DNA of 64,000 nt, taken from NCBI GenBank assembly GCA_024679065.1, contig JAGIQG010000040.1, forward strand, positions 6,138,001 through 6,202,000, given 5' to 3'. The notes under the pieces are model-generated. The model did not search any database and was not told where the DNA came from. It saw nothing but the letters and a program-made list of their open reading frames with translations. Source of the DNA: Sphyrna mokarran. Lineage: Eukaryota. This document shows positions 50,961 through 62,855 of the stretch, in pieces. The translations under genes and the position numbers were made by a program. Every line of letters starts with the position of its first letter. Within the stretch, counting starts at the first letter, position 1.

Positions 50961-51040
50961 ATTTGAAGACACCCGTTCTAAGTCCCGCCCTTAATAATTT
51001 GTTCTGTTCCCCCTGGGGTGTTCTTATCTCACTTCCGTGT
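50961..51040 (-). promoter_or_regulatory. inverted copy of the V promoter downstream of the V5 RSS
   Basis: reverse complement ggaagtgag...ttattaagggcgggacttagaacgggtgtcttcaaat aligns with 50161-50238 at roughly 70% by eye. Confidence 0.6.
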
Positions 51041-51959
51041 CTGTCTCTGGTTCTCTGAAGCCAGTTGGTGGTGATTTGGGTTGACATTGAAAGAGAAATA
51101 TCCGAGTCTGGCTACAGTCAGTGACCTGACAGGGGAATGGCCGGACTTTCAGAGACTGGGGAGAAGGGAGGGGTGTCCGGGGAATGTAAGCCTGGTTTGT
51201 AGATTGTCATCAGAAAATTCTGATTGTTAGTGTTGACAGGAACCACACCAAAACAGGCGGTGAGTTACTCGTAGCAGTATTCCCAGCCTCTGACATGGTC
51301 TTGTAGCTGCTGTGTTTATGTGTGGGAGTCCAGTAGAGTTTCTGGTCAATGGTAACCCTAAGGATGTTGACAAAAAATGGGGAATTCAGTGATGGTTACG
51401 CCATCACTTTTGCTGACAACAAGAAGCTTTCATCTTTTCCCTGTCTCTTCTCTCTCTCCCTCTCTCTCCCCCTTCTGTCTCTCTCTCTCTGTGCCTCCCT
51501 CTCTTATATCTCATCTCACTCACATTCTGTCCCTCCCATTCACTCTGTCGTCCTTGCTGGAGGAGGCTGCAATCAATTTACCGGCGACAGAGCATCTGCC
51601 AACAAGACTTCAGCTGAAACCTTCCCTTCCTCAAATCCCTCTTTCCTCTGTGTTCCTCGCTGTCTTTCCGAAAGGAATCGGATGGGAAACTGATGGGGAA
51701 AGATTTACAGGACTCCTGGGACAGAGTGAGGAGTGGGATAGGCTCAGTTGTTCTAGCAGAGAGTCAACATAGGCTGAATGGCCTCCTTCATTCTGTGACC
51801 GTTCTATGATTGAGACACAAGTTTTTATTTGGATGCCAACTTCAATTTCTAGTTTATAAGTGTTCAGAACACCAGCAACCTATCCAGGTCCCTCAATACC
51901 GACGGTGTAATTAAAAAAATGATTATAGTATAATATATATACATATATATATATATGCA

Positions 51960-52200
51960 AACAGCAAAGGTCCCAGCACTGATCCCTGAGGAACGCCACT
52001 TGTCATAGCCCTTCCATTCAGAAACATACCCTTCCATTGCTACTCTCTGCCTTCTATGACGGAGCCAGTTCTGTACCCACCTTGCCAGCTCACCTCTGAT
52101 CCCATGCGACTTCATCTCCTGCACCAGTCTGCCATGAGGGACCTTTTCAAAGGCCTCACTGAAATCCATGTAGGCAACATCCACTGTCCTACCCCATCCG
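51960..52200 (-). mobile_element. CR1 LINE RT fragment
   Basis: VDVAYMDFSEAFEKVPHGRL..GIRGELARWVQNWL..RRQRV. Confidence 0.88.
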
Positions 52201-52544
52201 ACTACAAGACACAGCCTCAAAAATAAGGAGGTGCAGATTTAGGACTAAGTTGAGGAGGAACTTCTTCAATAGGGTTGTGAACTTAAAATCTGAGAATCAC
52301 ACAGAGCAGAAGAAGCCCTTCTACCCATTGTGTCTGCACCAAAAAAGAGTGAGAGATAAACAGGTCGATAGAAGGAGCTTGTGGCGCTTGGAATCAAAGG
52401 TTATATGGAAAAAGCAGGACTGGGCAATTGAGTTGGATGGTCAGATATGATCAGCTCAAATGTCAATAAGATATAAGCCGAGAATAATAGATTTGAGGGA
52501 GATTTCATCCATTGATATCAAATATATTTCGGGCATATTTCATA

Positions 52545-53275
52545 GAAATTTAGAAACATTGAAGTTAGGAGGAGGAGAAAGCCATTTGGCCCTTTGAGCT
52601 GATCATATCTGACCATCCAACTCAATTGCCCAGTCCTGCTTTTTCCATATAACCTTTGATCCCAAGCGCCACAAGTGCTATATCCAGCCGTCTCTTGTAT
52701 GCATTCAATGTTTTGGCATCAACAATGAATTCCACAGGCTCACCACTCCTTGGGTGAAGAAATCTGTCCTCACCTCTGTCCTAAATGATTTACCCTGAAT
52801 CCTCGGACTGTGACATTGGTTTTGGACTTCCACAGCATCGGGAAAATCTTCCCCGCATCTACCCTGTTTAGACCTGTTAGAATTTGAGTCTCTTTGAGAA
52901 CGCCCACTTCCCTTCTCTACTATTCATCTGAACTTCAGCGAAAACTATCTTAACTTCGTGAATCTCTCCTCTTACATCAGTCCCGCCATCCCCGGAATCA
53001 GCCTGGTAAACTTGTGTTGCACTCCCTCGAATGCAAGAACTTCCTTCCTCAGAGAGGGAGAACAAAACTGCAGACAATATTCTAACCGTGAACTCATCAA
53101 AGCCCTGCATAGTTGCAACAACACATCCCTGCTCCTGTATTCTAAACCTCTCGCAATGAAGGCCTTCTTTACTGCCTACTTACCTGTACACTTACCTTCA
53201 GTGACTGGTGCACAAGGACACCCAGGTCCCGCTGCACACTTCCCTCTCCCAATTTACAGCCATTCAAGTAGTATT
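52545..53275 (-). mobile_element. CR1 LINE 3' fragment
   Basis: YYLNGCKLGEGSVQRDLGVLVH and CR1 3' tail. Confidence 0.8.
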
Positions 53276-53777
53276 CTGAATTCAAATCTAATTCAAAATG
53301 CATGAGAGAATTTGGACAATTTTGTAAAATTTGCAATATAAACATGGGCATAGCCTAAGACAAATAACAACCGACAGCGTCTCTAATGGATTACACGCCA
53401 AATAAAGTTGAAGGAAGAAAACAATGCCAATATTGTATAAACAGGCACCGGAATATGAACAGATATGAGGCATCAGTGTGGTATTAGCTCAGACACTAGT
53501 TTGTGTCTTGTGAGAAGAAATACGGTCTGGTCAGTTGTTAACCAAGGCAGGGCCTGCTGTAATCGAAACAAGGAGATTGTCTCAAAAACGAATACATGAA
53601 ACACAAGTTATAATAGGAAAACAGAGCATAAAGTTCAGTACAGTATTTACACCGAACAACGCAATATTTACTAACAAGATAGTTTTGTGTAATCTTTTGA
53701 ATTGCGTGTAAAAATAATTCCTGAGCAATTCTGTTCTGAATGGAACTGAACATTCCAGGTAGAAATTCTGAACTCTC

Positions 53778-53793
53778 CCACAAGGTGGCAGCA
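53778..53793 (+). promoter_or_regulatory. CTCF-like motif beyond the V6 RSS
   Basis: CCACAAGGTGGCAGCA. Confidence 0.5.
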
Positions 53794-54213
53794 AGGCTCA
53801 GCACCTACTGCTTTTCAGCGGTGTGTTTGGATAATATTTCCACACCTCTGTAACAGTGAGGGACAATTTACACGTTTCATTTACTTATCAACTGGCGTAA
53901 GCCTGTTTCCATTGCAGGCTGATATTTTAAACAGTATTACTTTCCGTTTATCCTATTTCACTACATCGACAGAGCTAATTTCAGGAAACTAACCGGAGTT
54001 TGTGTTGTAACTGGTTCGCAGCTAATTTTGCAGCCACGACGTGAATGCAATAATCAGGCAGAAGGAATGTTCGATTTGTGCTGTTTTTGATGGTATTTCT
54101 GCTCATTGTTCTCTGGGTCTTTGTGCATAGGAACCTATTCCAGTGTCAGCGTGTGACTGGGCTGTTGTAAACAGTCCTCAGCAGACAGCAGCTGTGACCC
54201 AGAAACCTGCGGC

Positions 54214-54252
54214 AGTTTTTGTACGAGAATTTCACTCGTTCCCATCACTGTG
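54214..54252 (-). other. 23-RSS of V6
   Basis: minus strand CACAGTG - 23 nt - ACAAAAACT. Confidence 0.95.
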
Positions 54253-55268
54253 AGTCTCTGTGCACAGTAATAGACCGCGGTGTCAGACAATCGCAGCTCC
54301 GAGATTCTTAGTCGGTACAACCTCTCTGACTGATGGATTCTATCTGAAAACCGGGTCCGAGCGAAATCAGCCTTGAGTTCATAGCTGCCGCCCGTGCCCC
54401 TGCGGACTGCAAACTCGAGCTGTCTGCCTGGATACTGACGGTACCAGAATAAATAATCAGCGTCGGTGGTAAAGGAACAGCTTAAAGTGACATATGTTCC
54501 CTCTGCCGGTGTGAGTGAGGATTCCCGCTGAGTAATAGAGTCTCCATCGCTCTGACCTGGAACACACAGTTAAAAAAGTGAAATGATTAACTGAACTGAA
54601 ATGTGACTATTAGTGGTTAGTATTACATACAAAAAGTTGGAGTGCAGACTTAGAAAAAAAGCTTTCTATAAAATTGACCTGTCTGTTTTACAACCCAGAG
54701 AAGGTAATTCACATTACTTCACCTCAATCTCTCAGAATTTTCATCCATTTCTTTCTCCAACATCTCTTTATTTAGCTTCCCTTGTAGTTGTTACAGAATA
54801 TGAAGACAATTTGTCCACAAAGCCCTTTTGCATCTTTTTGAATCATTGTATTTCTCATAATCAGTGATCAGGAAGTGAAAAGAACTCTGCAACACTAACC
54901 TGTTGACCACCTTTCAATCACATTTGAATTACCTTCAATCACAATAACCCCCTTTCAATCACATCTGGCAGGCTGTCCCTCCAGCCTCGCTTTGCGAGAT
55001 AAAATAACCTCAGCCAGCACAATTATTTCTGATACTAGCTCACGCCAATTGCCTTATCACCTTCTTAAAGATTCTTTCTCGTTTTCTCCTGAGCCTTTAC
55101 ATTATTTCCTAACACTCCTCATGCGGTCTGACCAAGTTTCGATACACGTGATAAATAGACTATTTATTTTCAAATATAATTCTCTGAAATTAATCTTCAT
55201 TTAAAAATCTTAAATTTCTTACCGACACAGAAAGCTGCCCAGAGCACGGCGAGAATGGGGATCCGCAT
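54253..55268 (-). CDS. TCR alpha/delta-type V segment V6 (leader 55223-55268, 666-bp intron, V exon 54253-54556)
   Basis: leader MRIPILAVLWAAFCV; DSITQRESSLTPAEGTYVTLSCSFTTDADYLFWYRQYPGRQLEFAVRRGTGGSYELKADFARTRF...DTAVYYCAQR; TGATGTCA CRE-like motif and ETS site at ~55365-55378. Confidence 0.9.
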
Positions 55269-55859
55269 CGCTGCTGCTGTGTCAGAAAGGTGCAGAATAG
55301 AGAATTGTAAAAGAGCGAATGTCACCTCCTGCAGGACAACACAGACTCAGAGCAGCCACAGTTCTGATGTCACTTCCTCAACTCCTATCACACGGAGGGA
55401 GTTGTGGGAGTTGTCTCTCATCACTCTGATGTTCCTTAACCAGGGCTACGTGTTTATAAAGGGGAACGCATGCATTAATGCCATATCCCACTCATCAGAG
55501 CGTAAAGTTCCTGAGTGTAGGCAACTGGATCTGGAAGACATATAAGCGGGAAAATAAACGCAATATTTTTGTGAGACGCTTGATGAAGATTCCGTTTAGT
55601 GTTGAATAATTTACAGCCTCTAACAAAGTTGATACGAGCCTATTGGTTGGCGGAATGGAATAAAGATTTGCGACATTTGCTACGGAGAAGCAACGTTATG
55701 TAATTTTTCAGTTCCTTGTAAATGAGACCTACTTGTGACAACACTATCCAGACTGTCCTGTGCTGTTCTCACACTGACCCTTCTCACTTGTCATGTTTTA
55801 TTGGAGAGATTGCTACCAATTTTTTTACGTTTGTCGTTGTTTGGATCCGCAGTCCAAAA

Positions 55860-56468
55860 AGACCATAAGAAATAGGAGCAGGAATAGGCCATCTAGCCCC
55901 TTGAGCCTGCCCCGCCATTCAATAAGATCATGGCTGATTTGATAATGGCTCAGTTCCACTTATGCGCCGGTTCCCCATAACTCTTAATTCCCTTATTGGT
56001 CAAAAATCTATCTACCCGTGGCTTAAACACACTGAATGAGGTAGCCTCCATTGTTTCAATGGGCAGAGAATTCCAAAGATTCACTACTCTCTAAGAGAAG
56101 AAGTTCCTCCTCAACTCTGTTCGAAATTGATTCCCTCTTATTTTGAGGCTGTGCCCTCTAGTTCTTCTTTCCTTTCTAAGTGGAAATAACCTCTCTGCCT
56201 CTATCCTGTCTAGACTCTTCATTATCTTATATGTCTCTATGAGATCCCCCCCTAAGCCCTTTAAACTGAGCACAGGCCCAATTTATTCAATCTCTCCTCA
56301 TAAGCTAACCCCCCTCATCCCCGGTATCAGCCTGGTGAACCTTCTCTGCACTCTCTTCAAGGCATTTCGCAAATAAGGGGACCAAAATTGCACACAGTAC
56401 TCTAGTTGCGGCCTCACCAGTATCTTGTACAATTGCAGCAAGACCTCCCTGCTTTTATATTCCATCCC
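55860..56468 (-). mobile_element. CR1 LINE 3' fragment
   Basis: GDLIETYKIMKSLDRIEAERLFPL..RTRGHSLKIRG..FRTELRRNFFS. Confidence 0.88.
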
Positions 56469-57839
56469 CAATAGAGAGGGGATCTATATTTCTACCGTGA
56501 CGGAGAATTTCACATATTGCGAAAATATAGGGAACACGCTGTGGAAGTATCACAGATCACTAATTATTATATCACTTCAGGTTATATGGATGTTTCCAAG
56601 TAAAATGAACTCTTCTTAATGCCCCGCTCTAACCCGGCCGCCGCATCCCAAACATTTTTTTTATTAACAAGTACTGATTTAGTGATAAATATTCATTACC
56701 CAGTTCAACGGGGGAATCCGTGCCTAAAACGATCGTTGAAGAAGGGGATCATTTTACCATAAACTCCATCCTGTAAACAAACCAAGTCCTTGTGTGCTCG
56801 GTACAGTTAGAACATGGGCATTTCTACATTCTGTGTTTCAGCTCTGGGGAGGGACAGCAGAGCGGAACCCGGCTTTACACAGCAATTCGCTTTTATACTT
56901 AGGAAAGCAGCAGACATTACAGAATTAATATGAAAAAAATCTCTCCTATCCGCTGCCGCTATTTCTGTGCCTTAAGCCCCATATTGCTGCAGAGATACAG
57001 CGGATTCGGTACATTGCAGATCGAAAGTTCCAAGTTAATGTCGCAAATATGTGCTCCCACACTCAGAAAGCAAGAGCAATAATTCAACCACTACCAAAAA
57101 GCGTAAAGATCCGCAAAGATCTATGAAGCGACATAGGAGAGCTGGTAGAATGGATTATGAAATGAGACTTGCAAAGCAGATCAAGATCAATAAGAAAATA
57201 TTAGTTACATAAAGGGTAAGAAGGTGGTTGGGAGTAATGTTGGTCTGTTAGAGACTGAAAATGGAGATATTGTTATTGATTGTGGGAAGAAGAGATCCCT
57301 ATTCGCTCTTTAGAATGTGACACTGAGCTTTGACTTGAAATGCTGTTTAGGTTATACAAATAAAAATGAAATGTGGAGGGACTCGGAGACTGGAGAAAAT
57401 GCCACTGTTTTAAACCAAGGAGAATCAATTAAGTTTGCAAAAGTAAAACATCTCCAATATATCATTAATCACGCATTTATCGTATATAACTTTAAAATGA
57501 GGGCAAACCTCAGTTTGAAATCAATGTCTTCACTGGTGAACAGTTAATCTTTAACCACTTTTATAATTTACAGGTTACTGCAGTAAAGTAGCGTCCTGGT
57601 TAATAGACAATTGACCTTTTCACACGTGACCTGAAAGAGATCAACAACCCACCTCCTTACACCGGACGAGCAGAATCTGATTCCAGCCAATCAAACTGCA
57701 GAAAAACCGAGTCTCTGGAACTTTATCTGTTGCACCCGACATTAGCGGAATATTGAAGACGTTGATTCACTTCCTGCCCTTCTGCTGTGAACTGTGTGCT
57801 GTATCCCTGTTGACAATGCTTTTGTATCACATGGTGCAA

Positions 57840-58293
57840 ATGAATCTATTCCTCATCATTCTGGTGATGCCAACTTTTAAGTGCCTGATATTTATTTTAT
57901 AACTTGTGGATCTGTATATTTATATTAATTTTGCTCCAGTGTTGCATTGACTGAATGTCTTCACAGGTCGATGTCACACGGACCAAGTTTCATAAACTCA
58001 AGCAGCGAAAACAGTCCAGAGCGGGGATTCAGCACAGATAAACTGCAGCTGTGGCATGTCCAGTATATTTGGAATGTATTGGTACAGACACAAGCCCCAT
58101 CAAGTATGGAAGTGGATAATAAGCAGATTCTCGGTTGGCAAAGAGAAAAGGACTGATTTGAATTGAAACTTTCCACTGCGGGCAAATTGGGTCAGTTGGT
58201 TAGTGAAGATATGGAGAGCGTGGATACTGCTGTGTATTACTGTGCGATACAGCCCACGTTGAGAGGAAAGACAGCACTTACTGTACAACATCC
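57840..58293 (+). pseudogene. TCR V pseudogene V7
   Basis: V exon from 57967: DQVS*TQAAKTVQSGDSAQINC...MYWYRHKP, stop at 57993, frameshift near 58155, then DTAVYYCAIQ; degenerate RSS CACGTTG-23-ACAACATCC (58255-58293); leader MNLFLIILVMPTF lacks a correct-phase donor. Confidence 0.85.
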
Positions 58294-58589
58294 TCACACC
58301 TGTTTACAGTTGCTGCAGCGAGCAAACAAAAGCACACTGCAGGCAAGACATGTCAGAGCGACAGCAGGAAATAAAACATGCGAACGAGGTTGCTCTGGGC
58401 TTTGCAATTCCTGACAGCGACTTTGCTCAGTTATACTGACAATCAGGGCATAACCTATCCGATTGAAGAAACATTCACTCAGTGAAAGTGGGGTTTTCTC
58501 GCGAGGAAATCATTCACATTCTTCAATTTAAGAATGACACTCCACAGTCTCGAATCAGACATCTGGTCTATGCCCAAATGCAGCAAGAC

Positions 58590-59340
58590 CCGGACAATAC
58601 TTAGATATGACCTGATAAGTGCAAACAATATTCATGTCACATAAGTTCCAGGCATTGAACACCTCTAAAAAAAGAGGATCTATAAAAAAAAAATTCCTTG
58701 GCATTCAATGACATTGCAATCGCTGATTCCACATCCGCCCACCCCATCCCACTCATCTCCCCATCAACATCCTGGGATTTGACTGAAAACTGAACTGGAC
58801 CCAGGACCGTGGCTACCAGAGCGGGTCAAAGGTTAGGAATCCTGCCACGAGTAATTCGCATTGTGACTCCCCAAAGCATATCCATCATCTACAAGGTACA
58901 AGTCAGGAGTGTAAATGGGATGCTCCCTACTTACATGGATAATGTAGCTCCAACAACTCAATAAACTCGACACGACACAGGAGCAAACAGTCCGCTTGAT
59001 TGTTCACCACTCCGAAAACATCTATCCCTGCCACCACCGAAGAACAGCGGTAGCCGTGTGCACATTCTACAAGGAAGACTACAGCAACTCACTGAACGTT
59101 TTTTTTAGGCAGCACAATCCAAATACAAGACCACTGCCATCTAGGAGGACAAGGGCAGCAGGCAGATGGGAACACCACCACCTAGGGGCTCCCTTTCAAG
59201 TTATTTCACATCCTTTCCTGGAAATATAGCGTTATTCCTTCACCCTCACTGGATCAAACTCCCTCACTAACAGCAGAATGGGTGTACCTGAAACCTCAGG
59301 GACCGCAGAGCTTCAGGAAGGCCGTTCAACACCACATAAT
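58590..59340 (+). mobile_element. CR1/L2-group LINE 3' fragment (partly duplicated at 61985-62410)
   Basis: RAGQRLGILPRVIRIVTPQSISIIYKVQVRSV. Confidence 0.65.
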
Positions 59341-59737
59341 ACACTCGACTATCTTCATGTTGTTGGGTGAATTTCTGTATCACAGATTTATAATAATAAT
59401 GGTGTTGCTGGGTGAGTCTCTGTGGCGGCTATTCGACATCTCACTCGTTAAATACGACAAAAGATTTTGATCTGTTCTGCATTTTGTTACAAGTATCCGT
59501 GGGTTTATTTGAGTTAACAATTCTGAAAGAACAGCCTGCAATTTTCTGTCTTATTAACTACTTCTACATTTGGTAGCTAGATACTCATTGTTTCAATTTA
59601 CTACATAAATCGCGGCATGAAAATTAGCATGTAGTTTTTCCAAACCGCTCCTCTGCCGATCTCAATGAGGAGAAAATACTGGGTAAATAGATCTGACTGC
59701 ATTCAGGAAACTTCGTGGGGCTGTGAACACTCGCTGA

Positions 59738-59775
59738 GGTTTTTGTATGGGGTTTAGCTGTAATCTAACGCTGTG
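59738..59775 (-). other. RSS of V8 (22-nt spacer)
   Basis: minus strand CACAGCG - 22 nt - ACAAAAACC. Confidence 0.88.
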
Positions 59776-60256
59776 CCTCACTGCGCAGTAATAGACCGCC
59801 CCGTCCTCCACATTGAGGGCGCTGATATTGAGGTAACCGTTCTGCTCAGACCTGTCAGCAGCCGCCAGGTACCGTCCTGAAACTTCATCTTCCTTCTTTG
59901 CTAACATTTTAGAAATGATCCATGTCGGTGGCTGTGCCGGTTTGTGCTGATACCATTACATGTAGTATATATCCTGGTCTGTATAGTTACAGCCTAACTG
60001 TACCGAACCTCCTTCTGATGCGGTTATTGTCACTGGTGACTGAGTTACTGGATCAACGCAGTGTCCGCCTGTGAAGATCGAGGAATTAAATGTCAAGAGT
60101 TAGTGTTTGTATCTGCGATAGTTTGAGGAACTTATTCTACGCATCGCACGGATCTTTCAGATTGTTAATTAAGTTGCCACCAATATGTTTATCTGGTTTG
60201 ATGAAAGTTTTCCAGTACTTACAGTGGAAGAGCGCCGCCAGTACGAGCAGAAACAT
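59776..60256 (-). pseudogene. TCR alpha-like V segment V8 with premature stop (leader 60223-60256, V exon 59776-60068)
   Basis: paralog of V9; CAA->TAA at 59956-59958 just before the conserved Trp. Confidence 0.88.
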
Positions 60257-60337
60257 GTCTGACTGAATCCCCCTCAGTGAATGGGAATGGAATGAGTCAG
60301 AGAAAGAGAGAAGACGGTCTTAGTTCAGCTGATTGCC

Positions 60338-60363
60338 GTGTGTGTGTGTGTGTGTGTGTGTGT
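60338..60363 (+). repeat. (GT)n microsatellite in the V8 promoter region (shorter paralog at ~63419-63436)
   Basis: direct observation. Confidence 0.9.
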
Positions 60364-60478
60364 TTATGAGACAGAGGGAGGGCGGAGTGGGGGTAGGGTG
60401 GTGGGGCGGGGAATTCATCGTGACCTCACCAGCCTACCATCCATACAGGTTTAAGTTGTGACGCTGCGGTTTGAATTT

Positions 60479-60493
60479 GGCGCCATCTATCGG
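60479..60493 (-). promoter_or_regulatory. CTCF-like motif upstream of V8
   Basis: minus strand CCGATAGATGGCGCC; the paralog at 63550-63564 reads AGACGG. Confidence 0.45.
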
Positions 60494-62817
60494 CAGATGC
60501 TGTTTAATTACACGCTCAGATTTTGATGTTGAGCGGATTCAGAGTTTCCTGTGACATATTCCCATCCTATTCATGGATTTGTCTGAATAGAGAGATACGG
60601 TCCCCGGATGGGTAGGGTGTTTTAGTTCAGTCGGGCAGCATCACCGAAAAGCCTATTCTTGTGCTGAAATTTACTCTGTTTTTTTCCTCTGTGTACCAAT
60701 ACGCAAATGCTGCCCAGAAATTTAAATCGGAGCTCTTCAGATACTGGTTATTTAGGTAAAGGATGCTAAATCTGCGGAAATCATTGCCACAGTTCTCTGT
60801 TTAAATCCTGGGGAGGACAAAATCGAGTGAACGCCAGGTCTTTGCAGTAAAAGCAGATGTTCTAAATCGGAATAGCGCCGAGGATTAACAGACTAATTTG
60901 GTATTTTTTTGCTTATAAGCAAGAAGATAACAAAGCGACTTGATTGATGTGTTCAGAATGTTTCATGTTTAGGGAGTAGAAAGTGTGTTACAGATATATT
61001 GTGAAGCCACCGCTTCTCCTTCTGTCTGATACCGGCTGAGAGACAGAAGCCCAATGAGCCATGTCTGGAAAAAAGTTTTTTTTTTGTCTGGAGGAGGTCG
61101 GTTCATAAGGAAAGATTCTCTTCTCTAGGTGCAGTCTAAAATCTGAATAAAGAGCATAAACAAAATCGTGATAGAATTCATGACCGTAAATGGTTAACAC
61201 AAACTTGAGTCCTAAAGACTGACAGGTGGGAGAATGCGGCACTTTGTAGTGAAACATCGCCGCTAGCAGAGGGAAGTGTCGGGCCAAATTCCAGACTCGC
61301 AACAGCAACCAGCACCAATATTCATAGATTGACAGAATCATAGAAGCTTTACAGTACAGAAGAAGGATATTCAGCCCATCGAGTCTGTACTGGTCACAAT
61401 CCCATCCAGGCCCTATTCCCATAACTACACACATCCATCTCGCTAATACCCCTGACACTAGGGCTATCCAGCATGGCCAATGAACCAAATGAAAAAAATT
61501 AAAAGGAGAAATATCGAAACAGAAATAGTACATTAGCATTTATAGCAAAGGTATGTCATTTCAAGACGGATCTATGAGTTGTCAAAGCTGGAATGCTAAA
61601 AATATTCACATTCATTGAATTGGCCCTCGGCACTGTTTGTATCTTGAAGCGGGTAATATGTGTACTTTATTCGCAAAAACGCCCGGTTCCAAAGAGTCGA
61701 GTTAGCAAATGAGGGTGGATGTTTTCCTGGAGCTTTCAGTCCTCAAATGCAGAGGTGCTGAGCTTTTTCAACAAGTTTGACTTTTACCAGAGATATCTAA
61801 GCTGCTTTGGATACAAAGGAATGAATGTTATTGTCGGCTTGATCGTCCTGGGGTACGATTCTCGCTTTGGATATTTGAGGTCAAATGTGCGCGAAATCCC
61901 GAACGAGCCCGATGAATTTGTTTCCTATTGCGTAATTCACAGCTTTTGTTCATTTCTTTCCGGTGCAGATGGCGGGTTTGTTCAGGAGTGTAAATGGAAT
62001 GCTCCCCACTTACATGGATAATGTAGCTCCAACAACTCAATAAACTCGACACGAACCAGTCCGCTTGATCATTCACCACTCCGAAAACACCCACCCCTGC
62101 CACCATCGAGAAACAGCGGGTAACCGTCTGCACATTCTACAAGGAACACTGCAGCAACTCACTGAACTTTTATTTTAGGGAGCACAATCCAAATACACGA
62201 CTACTGCCATCGAGGAGGACAACGGCAGCAGGCAGGTGGGAACACCACAACCTACACGTTCCCTTTCAAGTTATTTCACATCCTTTCCTGGAAATATAAC
62301 GTTATTCCTTCACCCTCAGTGGGTCAAACCCTGGGACTCCCTCACTAACAGCAGAATGGGTGTACCTGCACCTCAGGGACCGCAGAGCTTCAGGAAGGAA
62401 GTTCAACACCACGTAATACACTCGATTATCTTCGTGTTGTTGGATGAATTTCTGTGTCCCAGATTTATAATAATGGTGTTGCTGTGTGAGTCCCTATGGC
62501 GGCTATTCGACATCTCACTTGTAAAATTCGACAAAAGATTTTGATCTGTTCTGCATTTTATTACAAACATCCGTGGGCTTATTTGAGTTAACAATTCAGA
62601 AAGAACAGCCGGCAATTTTCTGTCTTATTAACTCCACTGCGTCCTTTAGCTGGTAGCTCGATACTCATTGTTTCAAATTACTACATAAATCGCGGCATGG
62701 AGATTAGCATGTAGTTTTTCCGAACCGCTTCTCCGCCGATCTCAATCAGGAGAAAATACTGGGTAAATAGACCTGACTGCATTCAGGAAACTTCGTGTGG
62801 CTGTGAACACTCGCTGA

Positions 62818-62855
62818 GGTTTTTGTATGGGGTTTAGCTGTAATCTAACGCTGTG
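62818..62855 (-). other. RSS of V9 (22-nt spacer)
   Basis: minus strand CACAGCG - 22 nt - ACAAAAACC. Confidence 0.88.

Noticed and set aside
59598-59640. ZNF143-like ACTACA motifs beyond the V8/V9 RSS
   Set aside because: Only a partial match, and the second occurrence is due to the recent duplication.
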